Assembly (NCBI GenBank): GCA_965116875.1
Contig: OZ220733.1
Span: 3,776,001 to 3,840,000, forward strand
Length of the DNA: 64,000 nucleotides
Origin: Candidatus Latescibacterota bacterium
GTDB lineage: Bacteria; Latescibacterota; UBA2968; GCA-2709665
Reading direction: 5' to 3'
Below, piece by piece: positions 28,925-37,871 of this stretch (position 1 is the first letter of the stretch; each line of letters opens with the position of its first letter). The notes under the pieces were generated by a model, which was not told the origin of the DNA, did not search any database, and saw nothing but the letters and a program-made list of their open reading frames with translations. The translations under genes and the position numbers were made by a program.

Positions 28925-30073
28925 CTACAGATAGTTCACGCCGTACCACAGCGCCGGAATCGGGAACACCTCCGCAAGAATCTCGCCGGCACGACCTCCG
29001 GACTTCAACAGGGCCTCCTCCGCGCCTTCCAGCGTGCCGAAGATCAACTGAACCGCCGCCCCCTGATCGGGCGCCACGACCTGATCGCCACCGTAGGTGA
29101 AGGTCATCTCGTCTCCATCCTCCCTGAAGACCAGGCTCCGCGCCTCCGACTCTCCGATTACCTCGGCGAAATAGGGTCGCATCCGCTCCATGAACTGGAC
29201 GAAATTGATCAGGGTGACCGTTCCCGATGAATTGGCCGGCGCCCCGGTGATTCCCCTGGACTGAAGGCACTCGTGGAAAAGCCGGTCGCAGCCCATCACG
29301 TGGAGACCGATCGCCTGGAGGTCCAGCGTCCGGATCAGCTTGCCAAGGGCGCCGGTCAGACACCGCCGGTCTCCCGCCGCCTCCTGTACCGGTATCCGGT
29401 CGTCCCCCTCTCGCGGTTCCTGCACGATCATGTAACCCCGCATCATCCCCGCTTCGCAAACCTTGAACACCAGCGCGGGCCGATTCATCACGAACCCGTT
29501 GAACGCGTGGGAGTAGTCGGAAGGGGGCCGCATCCACCGCACGGGCTCCTCACGGTAAACTGAAGCCATCGCGGGCACGTCGTCCCGGGAGGCCGCCACC
29601 AGTTCCACGCCGTCGTCGTCGAAATCGCCGGCCCGTTCCGCGGATATGGAAAAATTCCAGTCGCGGCCAACGTACCGGCAGCCGAACCTGTGATACATCT
29701 TGCGATAGCCGGATACCAGCATGAAGTCCACCCCGTCCTCCCGGCACACGCGCATTGTGTCCTCGAACAGGGCCGTCGCGTACCCGTTGCCGCGGTGTTC
29801 TTCGTACGTGGCCACCCCGCCCAGGGACGACGTGCGCACCGTGCATCCGAAGATGGACACGTTCCGCCGGAGTGCGCCGATGTGAGACACGACGCGACCG
29901 TCCGCCACCACCACCCGCATTTCTCCGGCGTGCGCCGGGGTGTAGAAGTGCGGGTATTCATCCGCCAGACCGGGCCGGAATACGGTGTGGACCAGGTCGC
30001 ACAGGCTACCGAATTCATCGGGATGCAGGCTGCGCATACCATCGCGCCAGGAAGGTTCGGGTTCTCTGGACAT
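28925..30073 (-). CDS. GNAT N-acetyltransferase (Eis-like)
   Basis: GGVATYEEHRGNGYA acetyl-CoA motif, Y.RFG, tandem GNAT length. Confidence 0.8.
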   Translation of the reverse strand: MSREPEPSWRDGMRSLHPDEFGSLCDLVHTVFRPGLADEYPHFYTPAHAGEMRVVVADGRVVSHIGALRRNVSIFGCTVRTSSLGGVATYEEHRGNGYATALFEDTMRVCREDGVDFMLVSGYRKMYHRFGCRYVGRDWNFSISAERAGDFDDDGVELVAASRDDVPAMASVYREEPVRWMRPPSDYSHAFNGFVMNRPALVFKVCEAGMMRGYMIVQEPREGDDRIPVQEAAGDRRCLTGALGKLIRTLDLQAIGLHVMGCDRLFHECLQSRGITGAPANSSGTVTLINFVQFMERMRPYFAEVIGESEARSLVFREDGDEMTFTYGGDQVVAPDQGAAVQLIFGTLEGAEEALLKSGGRAGEILAEVFPIPALWYGVNYL

Positions 30074-30204
30074 TCTGGCCTCCCTCTACCGCGGGACCGG
30101 CGGTCCCAAACGGTCAATTTTTCTGTCAATTTCGGTTCAATAAACGAACGCACCGGGCTCAAGGAGAAACAGACGCGAACTCCGCCCGTCTTCGACCCGG
30201 CGTT

Positions 30205-30370
30205 TATCAGTCCGTTGATAAAGTCGCTCCGCAGGCGAGGTCGAGCCATTGTGGCCGAAGACAAGGCGCGCAACCGAGTCCCATCCTGCGATTCGGCGAG
30301 GGCGCGCAACGCAGTATTTCGACCGCAAGGGCCGGCCGCAGCCCGGATGGACTTTTTCAACGGGCTGCTA
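30205..30370. mobile_element. MITE with IS5/IS1182-like termini (family E copy 2); overlaps the cysK stop codon
   Basis: TA-TCAGTCCGTTGATAAAGTCG ... GGACTTTTTCAACGGGCTGC-TA. Confidence 0.65.
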
Positions 30371-31315
30371 TGCTTCATCGTGATCCATAAACCCCGGTAC
30401 GCTGAAATATCGTTCCGCCGAATCGCAGATCACCGTGGCCACGCGCCGGCCTTCGCCCAACTCCTCCGCCACCCGGAGCGCGGCCCAGACGTTGGCGCCG
30501 GCCGAGATGCCGCTCAGGATGCCTTCCTCGGACGCGAGACGTCTGGCGGTTTCGAACGCGTCGGCCTCGGTGGCGCAGATCAAGCGGTCGTAGACTTCGC
30601 GGTTCAACACCTCGGGGACGAATCCCGCGCCGATGCCCTGGATGTCGTGAAGCCCAGGGGCGCCGCCGGACAGCACGTTCGAGCGTTGGGGCTCCACCGC
30701 CACCACGAGCAGACCCGGAAACTCCGCCTTCAGGATCTCGCCCACGCCGGTGATGGTGCCGCCGGTGCCCACGCCGGCCACGAATGCGTCCAGCCGCCCC
30801 TCAACCGCGTCCAGGATTTCACGCGCGGTTGTGCGCCGGTGCACCTCGGGATTGGCGGGATTGGCGAACTGCTGCGGCACGAACGTTTCGCCGGGGGCTT
30901 CCCGAACGATGCGCATCGCCTCGTCCACGGCGCCCTGCATGTCCTCGGCTCCCGGCGTCAGCACGACCTCGGCCCCGAAGCTCTGCAAGAGGTCCCGCCT
31001 CTCGCGGCTCATGGAATCCGGCATGGTCAGGACCAGGCGATATCCCTTCGCCGCGGCCACCAGCGCCAGGCCGATGCCCGTATTCCCGCTGGTGGGCTCC
31101 ACAATGGTCATGCCGGGCTTCAGGCTGCCGTCCCGCTCTGCCGCATCGATCATGGCGAATGCGATCCGGTCCTTCACCGAGGCCACGGGGTTGGAGGCCT
31201 CGATTTTAACGGCCACTTCCGCCATACCCGGTTCCACCATCCGGTTCAGCCGGACCATCGGCGTGTCGCCGATCAGTTCCAGGATATCGTCCGCCACCGC
31301 GTTGGCCAACGGCAT
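30368..31315 (-). CDS. cysK: Cysteine synthase A
   Basis: IGDTPMVRL, NP..SVKDRIA (PLP Lys), EPTSGNTGIGLA, GVGTGGT, IQGIGAGF. Confidence 0.95.
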   Translation of the reverse strand: MPLANAVADDILELIGDTPMVRLNRMVEPGMAEVAVKIEASNPVASVKDRIAFAMIDAAERDGSLKPGMTIVEPTSGNTGIGLALVAAAKGYRLVLTMPDSMSRERRDLLQSFGAEVVLTPGAEDMQGAVDEAMRIVREAPGETFVPQQFANPANPEVHRRTTAREILDAVEGRLDAFVAGVGTGGTITGVGEILKAEFPGLLVVAVEPQRSNVLSGGAPGLHDIQGIGAGFVPEVLNREVYDRLICATEADAFETARRLASEEGILSGISAGANVWAALRVAEELGEGRRVATVICDSAERYFSVPGFMDHDEA

Positions 31316-31393
31316 GTCGGTCCTCTCAAATGCTTCAACCTGCTCCGGTCAGCCCACTTGACCCGGCAGTCTCAACCGGTGCAGTTCCATCGA

Positions 31394-31837
31394 TCAGGCA
31401 TCGAGGCCTGCCACGGCCTCGATCGCCATTTTCCCCAGCCGCTGGATGTCTTCGGCGATCGTCTCGTCCTCCAGGTCAGCGGGACCGCACCATCTGTATC
31501 CCTCGGCCTCGGAGGCCGCCACCTTGAGGCTGCCGCCCGTCACCCGCGCGAAATAGATCAGGTCTATATGCTGGTGATCGTCTGAAATCTGTTCCAGGAG
31601 AATGCACTCGGGGCGGCTCAGCACGTCCACCGTGCCCATGCGGTAGCGGGGGGACAGCAGGGCCACCTCCAGACCGCACTCTTCCCGGACCTCGCGGACG
31701 GCCGCGTCGCACGGCAGTTCGTCCTGATCGATATGCCCGCCCGGCGGAAGCCACAGCCTGAGCCGCTTGTGAAACAGCAACAACGTCCGGCCGTCCTGAA
31801 CGACGAACGTGGTTGCGGTGAAATCCCGAGTCGTCAT
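31394..31837 (-). CDS. NUDIX hydrolase
   Basis: Nudix box GGHIDQDELPCDAAVREVREECG. Start re-called at ATG 31837. Confidence 0.9.
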   Translation of the reverse strand: MTTRDFTATTFVVQDGRTLLLFHKRLRLWLPPGGHIDQDELPCDAAVREVREECGLEVALLSPRYRMGTVDVLSRPECILLEQISDDHQHIDLIYFARVTGGSLKVAASEAEGYRWCGPADLEDETIAEDIQRLGKMAIEAVAGLDA

Positions 31838-32177
31838 CCCTCTCAATATACTCTGCGGGCAGGTATGGAGCAAAGGCAAAACCGACCAGGATTATGCAGG
31901 ATTAGAACAAGATTAAACAGGATTACGGCAACTACGGGGACGGGGAGACCGACCGAAATCCTGTTCACGATATGAGTCATCGTGGGCGATGACCGCACCG
32001 TGTGACACTCGTCACGGCTGGCGAAGCAGTACATCCGGTGAGGGGAGTTCAATGGCAATTCATGCGAAGCCTCAGTTTTGATCGTTGTCCTGTGGATCCA
32101 TGTTCCACAGCATCTATTCTCGACCACTGCTGTCCACGACAGAAACCGACCTGTGACCGGCGCGGTTGGCGTTCCCG

Positions 32178-32326
32178 GGAGCGAGGGCATCCTGCCCTCG
32201 CTGGCTGATTCGCGAGGCTCTGGCCCCGACGCCTTCAGTATGATTTCGGATGCAAGGGGAACAGAGGGCCCATAATGTGGGTATTGATGGGTCACACGAA
32301 GTTCGAGGGCAGGATGCCCTCGCTCC
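32178..32326. repeat. REP doublet (REPIN-like), 23-bp perfect inverted arms
   Basis: GGAGCGAGGGCATCCTGCCCTCG (32178-32200) and its exact reverse complement (32304-32326). Confidence 0.75.
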
Positions 32327-32817
32327 GGAAATGGGTGGATCATGCCACGAAGTAGGCCGGATCGTCTTCGGTCGCAGGGCGCTCGTGTCAGGTGTGGCGA
32401 CAAAAGGGTTTTACCAGGTTCTGTGGCGATGCGTAAGGAGAAGATTCCAGGTCGGATATGTAACAATCCTGAAACAACGATTTTGGACAGGTGGGATTCT
32501 CAATAGACTTTCGTTACGAAACGCGACCTGCATGGATGGACAGGGCGAACAGGATAGGACTCAAACCGGCCGGCCAGCACATCGATCATTCCTGCCAATG
32601 CGGTTCCTGATTCTGCCTTCGCGAGGTTGTTGCCGGACACTGCCTCTGTATTCTTGGAATGTGCTACGGATTCTCGCCATGCACCACGTCCTATATCGTA
32701 CTTTGCTCTGTCTGAATGGTTGTACTGCTCTTATGCTCTTGTGCCTTTATCCTGTTCATCCATGTAGGGTAATGTTTCGTCTTGGGGGGGCGGGCAGGGG
32801 GTAGCGTCAATCCCGTA

Positions 32818-33198
32818 CTACCAGATCGTCTGTGGATAGAACGCCTGGATGACTGAATCGGATGTGACGATCGGGCAGGCGTTCAGGCTGGCGGTTGCGA
32901 CGATGGTGCGATGGGCAGGATCACGATGGTCCCAATCGAGTTCGAGGTTCCTGATCCATGTCCGGACGCATACAGGCAGGATTTCGACGCGGTCGACCTG
33001 CTCCAGTCTGCGAGTGAATTCACGAATGGGCAATGGAATAACCAGTTGATTTTTCTTCACTTTAATGCCGATTTCCCATATGGAGACGGCGCTCAGTGCA
33101 ATCCTGTCGGCGTCGGCGATGGCCTGAGCCGCTGCCGTCGTGAGCCGATCGCGATCCAGCGTCCAGAAAACAAGCGCCGAAGTATCCAGCAGAACCAT
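32818..33198 (-). CDS. vapC: VapC/PIN-domain toxin (conserved Asp replaced by His)
   Basis: LLDTSAL, S..SIWEI, HRDPAHR (family norm HRDPADR), TSD. Start at 33198 overlaps the antitoxin stop. Confidence 0.85.
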   Translation of the reverse strand: MVLLDTSALVFWTLDRDRLTTAAAQAIADADRIALSAVSIWEIGIKVKKNQLVIPLPIREFTRRLEQVDRVEILPVCVRTWIRNLELDWDHRDPAHRTIVATASLNACPIVTSDSVIQAFYPQTIW

Positions 33199-33428
33199 TA
33201 CAGGTCCGTCCATTCATCGGCGGTTGGCAGATTGATGTCTTCGTGATAGATCACGCCGCCCTGAATCGCGCCGAAAACCTCTTCGACCGTCTTTTTTTTC
33301 GAAATGGGCTGAATGCGCAACACCGGACGGCTGCGGTCCGTGACAATCAGCTCGTCGCCGGAACTCTCGAGTTCACGAAAGATACGGAGCATATTGGCTT
33401 TCAATTTGCTCTTTGAGATGGATTGCAT
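33198..33428 (-). CDS. Phd/YefM-family antitoxin
   Basis: ISKSKLKA.ML..FRE.E..G..LIVTDR.RPV..I.P. Translationally coupled to vapC. Confidence 0.85.
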   Translation of the reverse strand: MQSISKSKLKANMLRIFRELESSGDELIVTDRSRPVLRIQPISKKKTVEEVFGAIQGGVIYHEDINLPTADEWTDL

Positions 33429-33675
33429 GCGTTCTCCTCGATTGATATAAATGACCAGGGCCATAACTATAGTCATTATACGCTAAAATAAAAATCCTGT
33501 CAACAATTCAACAAACATGGATGGACAGGATTCTAATGTGAAAATGCTTGATTCGTGATTTTTCGGGGACGTTAATACGAACATTTGACAGTTAGTGAAG
33601 GCGATTAGACGACGGATTATCCGGATACACCAGGTCAGTGGACGTGTTCGGGGCTTCTTCCCCCGGCCCCTCGAA

Positions 33676-33860
33676 GCGGTGAGACGGGAGACGGGAGAGG
33701 GGAGAGATTACCTGCCTTGTGAGGATTCCGTTCGTTCCGAAGGCAAGGAGGGAAAACATCCCGGGCGAGGATTTCTTCTACCGTCTCGCCTCTACCGTCT
33801 CCCCGCATTCAGGCTCTTTGTGGCCAACTTGACTGTAGTCTTCATTCGAATTGAGGTTAA
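33676..33860. repeat. Repeat family A copy 3 with extended tail ending CGAATTGAGGTTAA
   Basis: Core matches 27820-27947. Tail is the reverse complement of 50190-50245. Confidence 0.85.
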
Positions 33861-33940
33861 GCTCTATGATTTTTCGGGATTCAGGCAAATGGAGGGAAGA
33901 CCGGGAAGGAGGCGTTTGAGATCTGAACGACGGATTGATC

Positions 33941-34168
33941 TCAGCCCGGATCCAGCCTATCCTGAGTGTCCACGTTGCCCTTCTCTTCGCGAAGCCGGAT
34001 CTTGATTTCGTCAACCGAAGCCGTATCGAGGAACGACGCCAGTTCCTTCTTCAGATTTTCCCGGGATTCGGCTGCGGTTTTACCCTGGCTCGCGATATCC
34101 AGCTCGGGGCAGAGCGCGACGTACCCATCGCCCACGCGCTCGATAACTGCCGTCAACGGCCTGCTCAT
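33941..34168 (-). CDS. hicB: HicB-family antitoxin, C-terminus replaced by repeat B; no hicA
   Basis: LTAVIER..DGYVALCPELDIASQG.T..E.R.NL. After RLREE the frame reads into repeat B (GNVDTQDR). Confidence 0.75.
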   Translation of the reverse strand: MSRPLTAVIERVGDGYVALCPELDIASQGKTAAESRENLKKELASFLDTASVDEIKIRLREEKGNVDTQDRLDPG

Positions 34169-34482
34169 TACCAACTCACGCAATTCCGATTCGAAAAACA
34201 GAAACGGATTCAACAGCACGATGGGGAAACATTCCGGTTCACCAAGAGTTCAAGCGATTTCTGCGTTATCTCTGTATTTTATATGATTATTCCTGCGGTG
34301 GGTTCCCGGTTTTATCCTGTGTATCCTGTGTATCCATTTTTCATGGATCTTTGCGCCGATGTCTATCTGCGTGAACAACCACAGCGCATCAAGATTGTGA
34401 CTGGCCAGCCGGCGATGTACGTGTTACATTGACTACGCGCGAAGAGACGTCAATATTGGTCTATCGTCACAGGGAACTGAAA

Positions 34483-34773
34483 ATGCACATGAAGAGCCCG
34501 CCGCATCCTGGATTCTCGGTGCGTTACGATTGCCTGGAACCGCTTGGTCTGAGTGTGGCTGAAGCGGCAAGGAAACTCGGTGTCGCACGCACACACCTGT
34601 CCGATGTGGTCAGCGGTCAGGCTGGCATCTCACCCGAGATGGCGATTCGCCTGGGCAAGGCATTCGGCGGCGGCGCGCAAACGTGGTACCGGATGCAAGC
34701 CGCGTACGATCTTGCGCAGGCCATGCAAAAGGCCGACGAAATACGCGTCGAGCGCCTCGCAGCGCACGAGTGA
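34483..34773 (+). CDS. higA: HigA-family antitoxin (orphan)
   Basis: [26 protein letters not shown]....[15 protein letters not shown]....W..MQ..YDL. No intact higB upstream. Confidence 0.88.
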   Translation: MHMKSPPHPGFSVRYDCLEPLGLSVAEAARKLGVARTHLSDVVSGQAGISPEMAIRLGKAFGGGAQTWYRMQAAYDLAQAMQKADEIRVERLAAHE

Positions 34774-34921
34774 TGTCTGATTGTACAGACGAATTTTAGT
34801 CGCCCACACGGATATCCCACCGATCCCGACCACCCCACCATTCTGCCTTCCTCAATTTGAGTTAGATCCGCACGCGGTTATACCGGCTCGCCGGATTTGT
34901 AGTTTTCCGCCTTTATCCTGC

Positions 34922-35536
34922 CTATCCTGTGTATCCATGTTCCCTGCTGTTTGGTTTTTCCCAAGCCTTCGTAAACGTCTCCGGTTCGACGCCGAGCGCA
35001 TCGGCCACGCGGTTGATGTAGTTGAAAAAGCCGATGATCTGGACCGCGTCGTGGATGGCGCGGTCGTCGAAGCCGTGCTCGCGCAGCCCGTCGACGTCCG
35101 CGGCCGTTGAAGTTTGCGGATCCACGCTGAGTCTCTCGGCAAAGGCGCACAGCGCGCGGTCCGCGGCCGGCAGGTCGGCCCGGCGCCAGTCCGCGGCCAA
35201 CTGATGCACCAGCCGGTCGGCCTCTTCGCCGTCCTCGACGTCGAACTCTTCGGCGACCTCGGCACGGAGGTCGTGGGCGTGGGAGCGTATTCAGTACACG
35301 CAATGGTTCGCGGCCGAGACCACCACGGCAAGCATCTCCCGCCGCGCGCGGCTGAGCGGTGAGGGGCCGTGCATCAGCGTGCCGTAGAAGTCCAGCGAAG
35401 CCTTCATCGCCGGCGGATTGGGGCTCATGACGGCGACGATGCCCCAGATCCGCCCCGCCCGTTTCATCGCGGCGTCATAAAGCTTCTTCAACAGGCCGGT
35501 GGCCCTGTCCGGAGGAATAACATCGATATACGGCAT
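34922..35536 (-). CDS. AhpD/carboxymuconolactone-decarboxylase-like peroxidase-related enzyme, probable selenoprotein (CxxU, in-frame TGA at 35291-35293)
   Basis: ORFs 35291-35536 and 34922-35209 are in one frame: ...VSAANHCVY-TGA-IRSHAHDLR...AVQIIGFFNYINRVADALGVE. The TGA falls at the second Cys of the family N.C.YC..H motif. Confidence 0.85.
35254..35290 (-). promoter_or_regulatory. Candidate bacterial SECIS hairpin
   Basis: On the mRNA strand: CGACCUC-CGUGCC-GAGGUCG, 7-bp stem. The apical loop starts after a 24-nt spacer from the UGA, with G at loop position 2 followed by U. Confidence 0.7.
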
Positions 35537-35864
35537 CAGGAGGCCCCCTTCAACACGATCAAATCAAAAGCAACTTACATGGATGGACAGGATGAAAACC
35601 AGAAGAAACTACGAAAAAAGCGAAAGTCACGAAAACCGCAAAGACAGGTCAAGCCAGGACCGCTCAACATGGCGGGGCAGGATATACAGGATTAGAACCG
35701 CGAAAATCGGTAAAACCAGACTAACCTGTGCATTGATATTTCCTGCCTTTTTATTATTGGTAGCAATCTTTAGTTTACCTCGTCCCTTGTAACGGTTCAG
35801 CTTGTTGAAGCGTTACTTGAGCCTACCGAAACGTGATCACTGAGCATGCCTGCATTGAGCTCGG

Positions 35865-35969
35865 TCCCTGAGCCTGTCGAAGGGTGTCGAAATGTCGAAG
35901 TGCCCGTGTTTCGGTGCCCGTTCGACTCGCTTGCACAGCCCTTCGCCGACCCTTCGACAGGCTCAGGGA
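35865..35969. repeat. REP-like doublet (CCCTTCGACAGGCTCAGGG family), 21-bp perfect inverted arms; third copy at about 36375-36395
   Basis: TCCCTGAGCCTGTCGAAGGGT (35865-35885) and ACCCTTCGACAGGCTCAGGGA (35949-35969). Confidence 0.8.
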
Positions 35970-36011
35970 GCGGCTCCGGGCAAGGCATAGGACCACAGTA
36001 TTGTATACGCG

Positions 36012-36320
36012 CTACAATGTCTCGTCGCACCCCACGTCCTGTGTCGCGCTGCCCTGAACTCCTTGCTTGTTCCACTTTTGCGGCTTTCCGCCTTTATCCT
36101 GCCTATCCTGTGCATCCATGTTACCCTGTTTCAATTCTTCGTGCAGGCGCTGTTTGATCTCCGTATCTGATGCCGTCTCCAGGAACAGCTCCAACGCCTC
36201 CTTCAGATTGTCCCTTGCTTCCGACACGGTTGTTCCCTGACTGGCGACGTCCAGCTCAGGGCAGAGGGCGACGTAGCCGTCGTCTTCGCGTTCTATAATT
36301 GCTGTCAACTGTCTTGTCAT
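36012..36320 (-). CDS. hicB: HicB-family antitoxin, second copy, C-terminus fused to repeat B; no hicA
   Basis: MTRQLTAIIEREDDGYVALCPELDVASQGTTVSEARDNLKEALELFLE. After RLHEE the frame reads into repeat B (GNMDAQDRQDKGG). Confidence 0.78.
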   Translation of the reverse strand: MTRQLTAIIEREDDGYVALCPELDVASQGTTVSEARDNLKEALELFLETASDTEIKQRLHEELKQGNMDAQDRQDKGGKPQKWNKQGVQGSATQDVGCDETL

Positions 36321-36584
36321 TGCAGGCTCACTCGTTTCGGCGCCGGTTCCGCTACCTTGGACAGCCCTTCGCCGACCCTTCGACAGGCTCAGGGAACGGC
36401 TCCGGGCAGGGCAAACGAGCTCAGGTTTGGAGGCGACGGCTTGGTTCAACTGAGACAGTGTCTCATCAATCTCCACGGCCCGTGTCCTGACTTTCCTGCT
36501 TGTCCCGCTCTTATGCCTTTCCACCTTTATCCTGCCTATCCTGTGTATCCATGTTCCCCTGCATCCATTCTCGATGGTCCTTCG

Positions 36585-37082
36585 CTACCACCCGCCCACC
36601 TGAGTCCGGTCCACGATATCCCGTGTCAGGATCTCGAACGCCGCGCCGAGGCCTTCATGACGAGCTTCTTCGCGTTGACCGGCGGCGCTGTAGATGCCGT
36701 ATCCCTTCAGGCGCTTCTCCTCCCACAGCAGCTTCTTGTTTTTCACGTCGTAGCAACCGACGTCCAGGAAGACAGAGATCTGGAACTGGTCCTCCTGGCC
36801 GCGGTAGGTGAACGGGTCGTCCCGCACCTCCACGATGGTACCCCGTAGCACAATGTCCGCGCGGTCTTCGTCCGTGACGCGCAGCGCAGCGTCCTGGAGG
36901 AACGCCTGGATCAGGCTGTCGGTGAGCGCCTGCTGGATTTCCGGCTCCAGACTCTCGTTTTCCATCAGTGGAATGGCCACCGAGCGAAATCCCGAGCCCC
37001 CGGTCGCGGAGGTCGAGTAGTACGCGCATCCGCCCAGCCAGAACAGGAACAGCGCCGCGCAGGAGAGAAGGGAACGCTTCAA
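36585..37082 (-). CDS. lptE: LptE-family lipoprotein
   Basis: Lipobox LGGC, SVAIP..EN.S.EP.I...LT..L...F. Length about 165 aa. Confidence 0.72.
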   Translation of the reverse strand: MKRSLLSCAALFLFWLGGCAYYSTSATGGSGFRSVAIPLMENESLEPEIQQALTDSLIQAFLQDAALRVTDEDRADIVLRGTIVEVRDDPFTYRGQEDQFQISVFLDVGCYDVKNKKLLWEEKRLKGYGIYSAAGQREEARHEGLGAAFEILTRDIVDRTQVGGW

Positions 37083-37582
37083 TCCGATTCCTCCTTCGAA
37101 TCCGATGCCGCCTCGTCCTTCGGCGCCTCCGCTTCAGCGGCCCCGGCAGCGTCACCACCGCTCTGCTCCGTGGATCCATCCTGCTCCGGCGCCTCTGCTT
37201 CCGTGCTCCCGTCGGCATCTTCGCTGCTCTCCTCCGCGGATGCTTCGGCTTCAGCCGCCGGCGCCTCGGCCTCATCGGCGGGCGCTTCCGTCTCGTCGGG
37301 TCCCTTGTTCGCTTCGTCGATGTAGTTCATTCTCAACTCGTACAGCGCGTGCTCCAGGAACTTTGTTTCGTTGTCGCTGAGATTGCCCTTCGTCTTCGCC
37401 TGCAGCATGCCCAGGATGTCAATGGTGTTCTTCGCCTGGGCGAGGTCCCGTTCCACCTTGTTGGTGGCGGGGTTCATCACCTTGCCCAGATGCTGCCAAG
37501 CCGCTCCCTGAAACATCAGTACGATCTGCGTAAACAGAAACTCGTTCATCTGCTCCTGGGAAATGGGTTCGCTTTCGGCCAT
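37079..37582 (-). CDS. DUF1844 domain protein with acidic Ala/Glu-rich tail
   Basis: HLGK..NP.T....DL..AK.TID.L.ML..KTKGNL...E...L...L.ELR..Y. Confidence 0.82.
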   Translation of the reverse strand: MAESEPISQEQMNEFLFTQIVLMFQGAAWQHLGKVMNPATNKVERDLAQAKNTIDILGMLQAKTKGNLSDNETKFLEHALYELRMNYIDEANKGPDETEAPADEAEAPAAEAEASAEESSEDADGSTEAEAPEQDGSTEQSGGDAAGAAEAEAPKDEAASDSKEESD

Positions 37583-37655
37583 GAAGATATCCTCCTTGAA
37601 ATGAATGGCTCAATCACTTTTAGGCAATATGCGTATCGAAGCGTTAATCAGGATG

Positions 37656-37871
37656 TGGGTAGACGGAAGAGGTAAGAGGGGAGAGGATTTCCTGCCTTGT
37701 GAGGTTTCAACTCAGGCCGTAGGCAAGCTGAGGGAACCTATCGGGCAATGACGTCATCTACCCTCTTCCGTCTCCCCTCTCACCGCTCTTAGGATTTCCT
37801 CTACCGTCTCACCTCTAACGTCTCCCCGCTCTCAGGGCTTCATCTTCCGTCTCCCGTCTACCCTCTACCCG
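37656..37871. repeat. Repeat family A copy 4 (compound); supplies the TAG stop of the DsbA gene
   Basis: GGGTAGACGGAAGA...TTCCTGCCTTGTGAGG...GGCAAG...GGGCAATG... followed by several CTCTACC/GTCTCCC heptamer runs. Confidence 0.75.

Larger units (their letters stand above)
31886..36561. repeat. Repeat family B (AACATGGATRNACAGGATAGGCAGGATAAAGG-like, nonamer CAGGATNNN units), about 12 full or partial copies
   Basis: Minus-oriented copies at about 32087-32106, 32744-32769, 33950-33980, 34310-34340, 34903-34946, 36083-36128 and 36516-36561. Plus-oriented copies at about 31886-31924, 32531-32558, 33514-33532, 35577-35595 and 35666-35693. Confidence 0.8.

Noticed and set aside
35291-35293. Pseudogene or split-gene interpretation of the peroxidase-like gene
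   Set aside because: The only lesion is a TGA at the catalytic Cys column followed by a SECIS-like hairpin, so Sec recoding fits better.
31886-36561. CRISPR array or classical integron
   Set aside because: Repeats are degenerate, irregularly spaced and in both orientations. There are no cas genes, no intI, and no clear attC R''/R' (RYYYAAC...GTTRRRY) structure.
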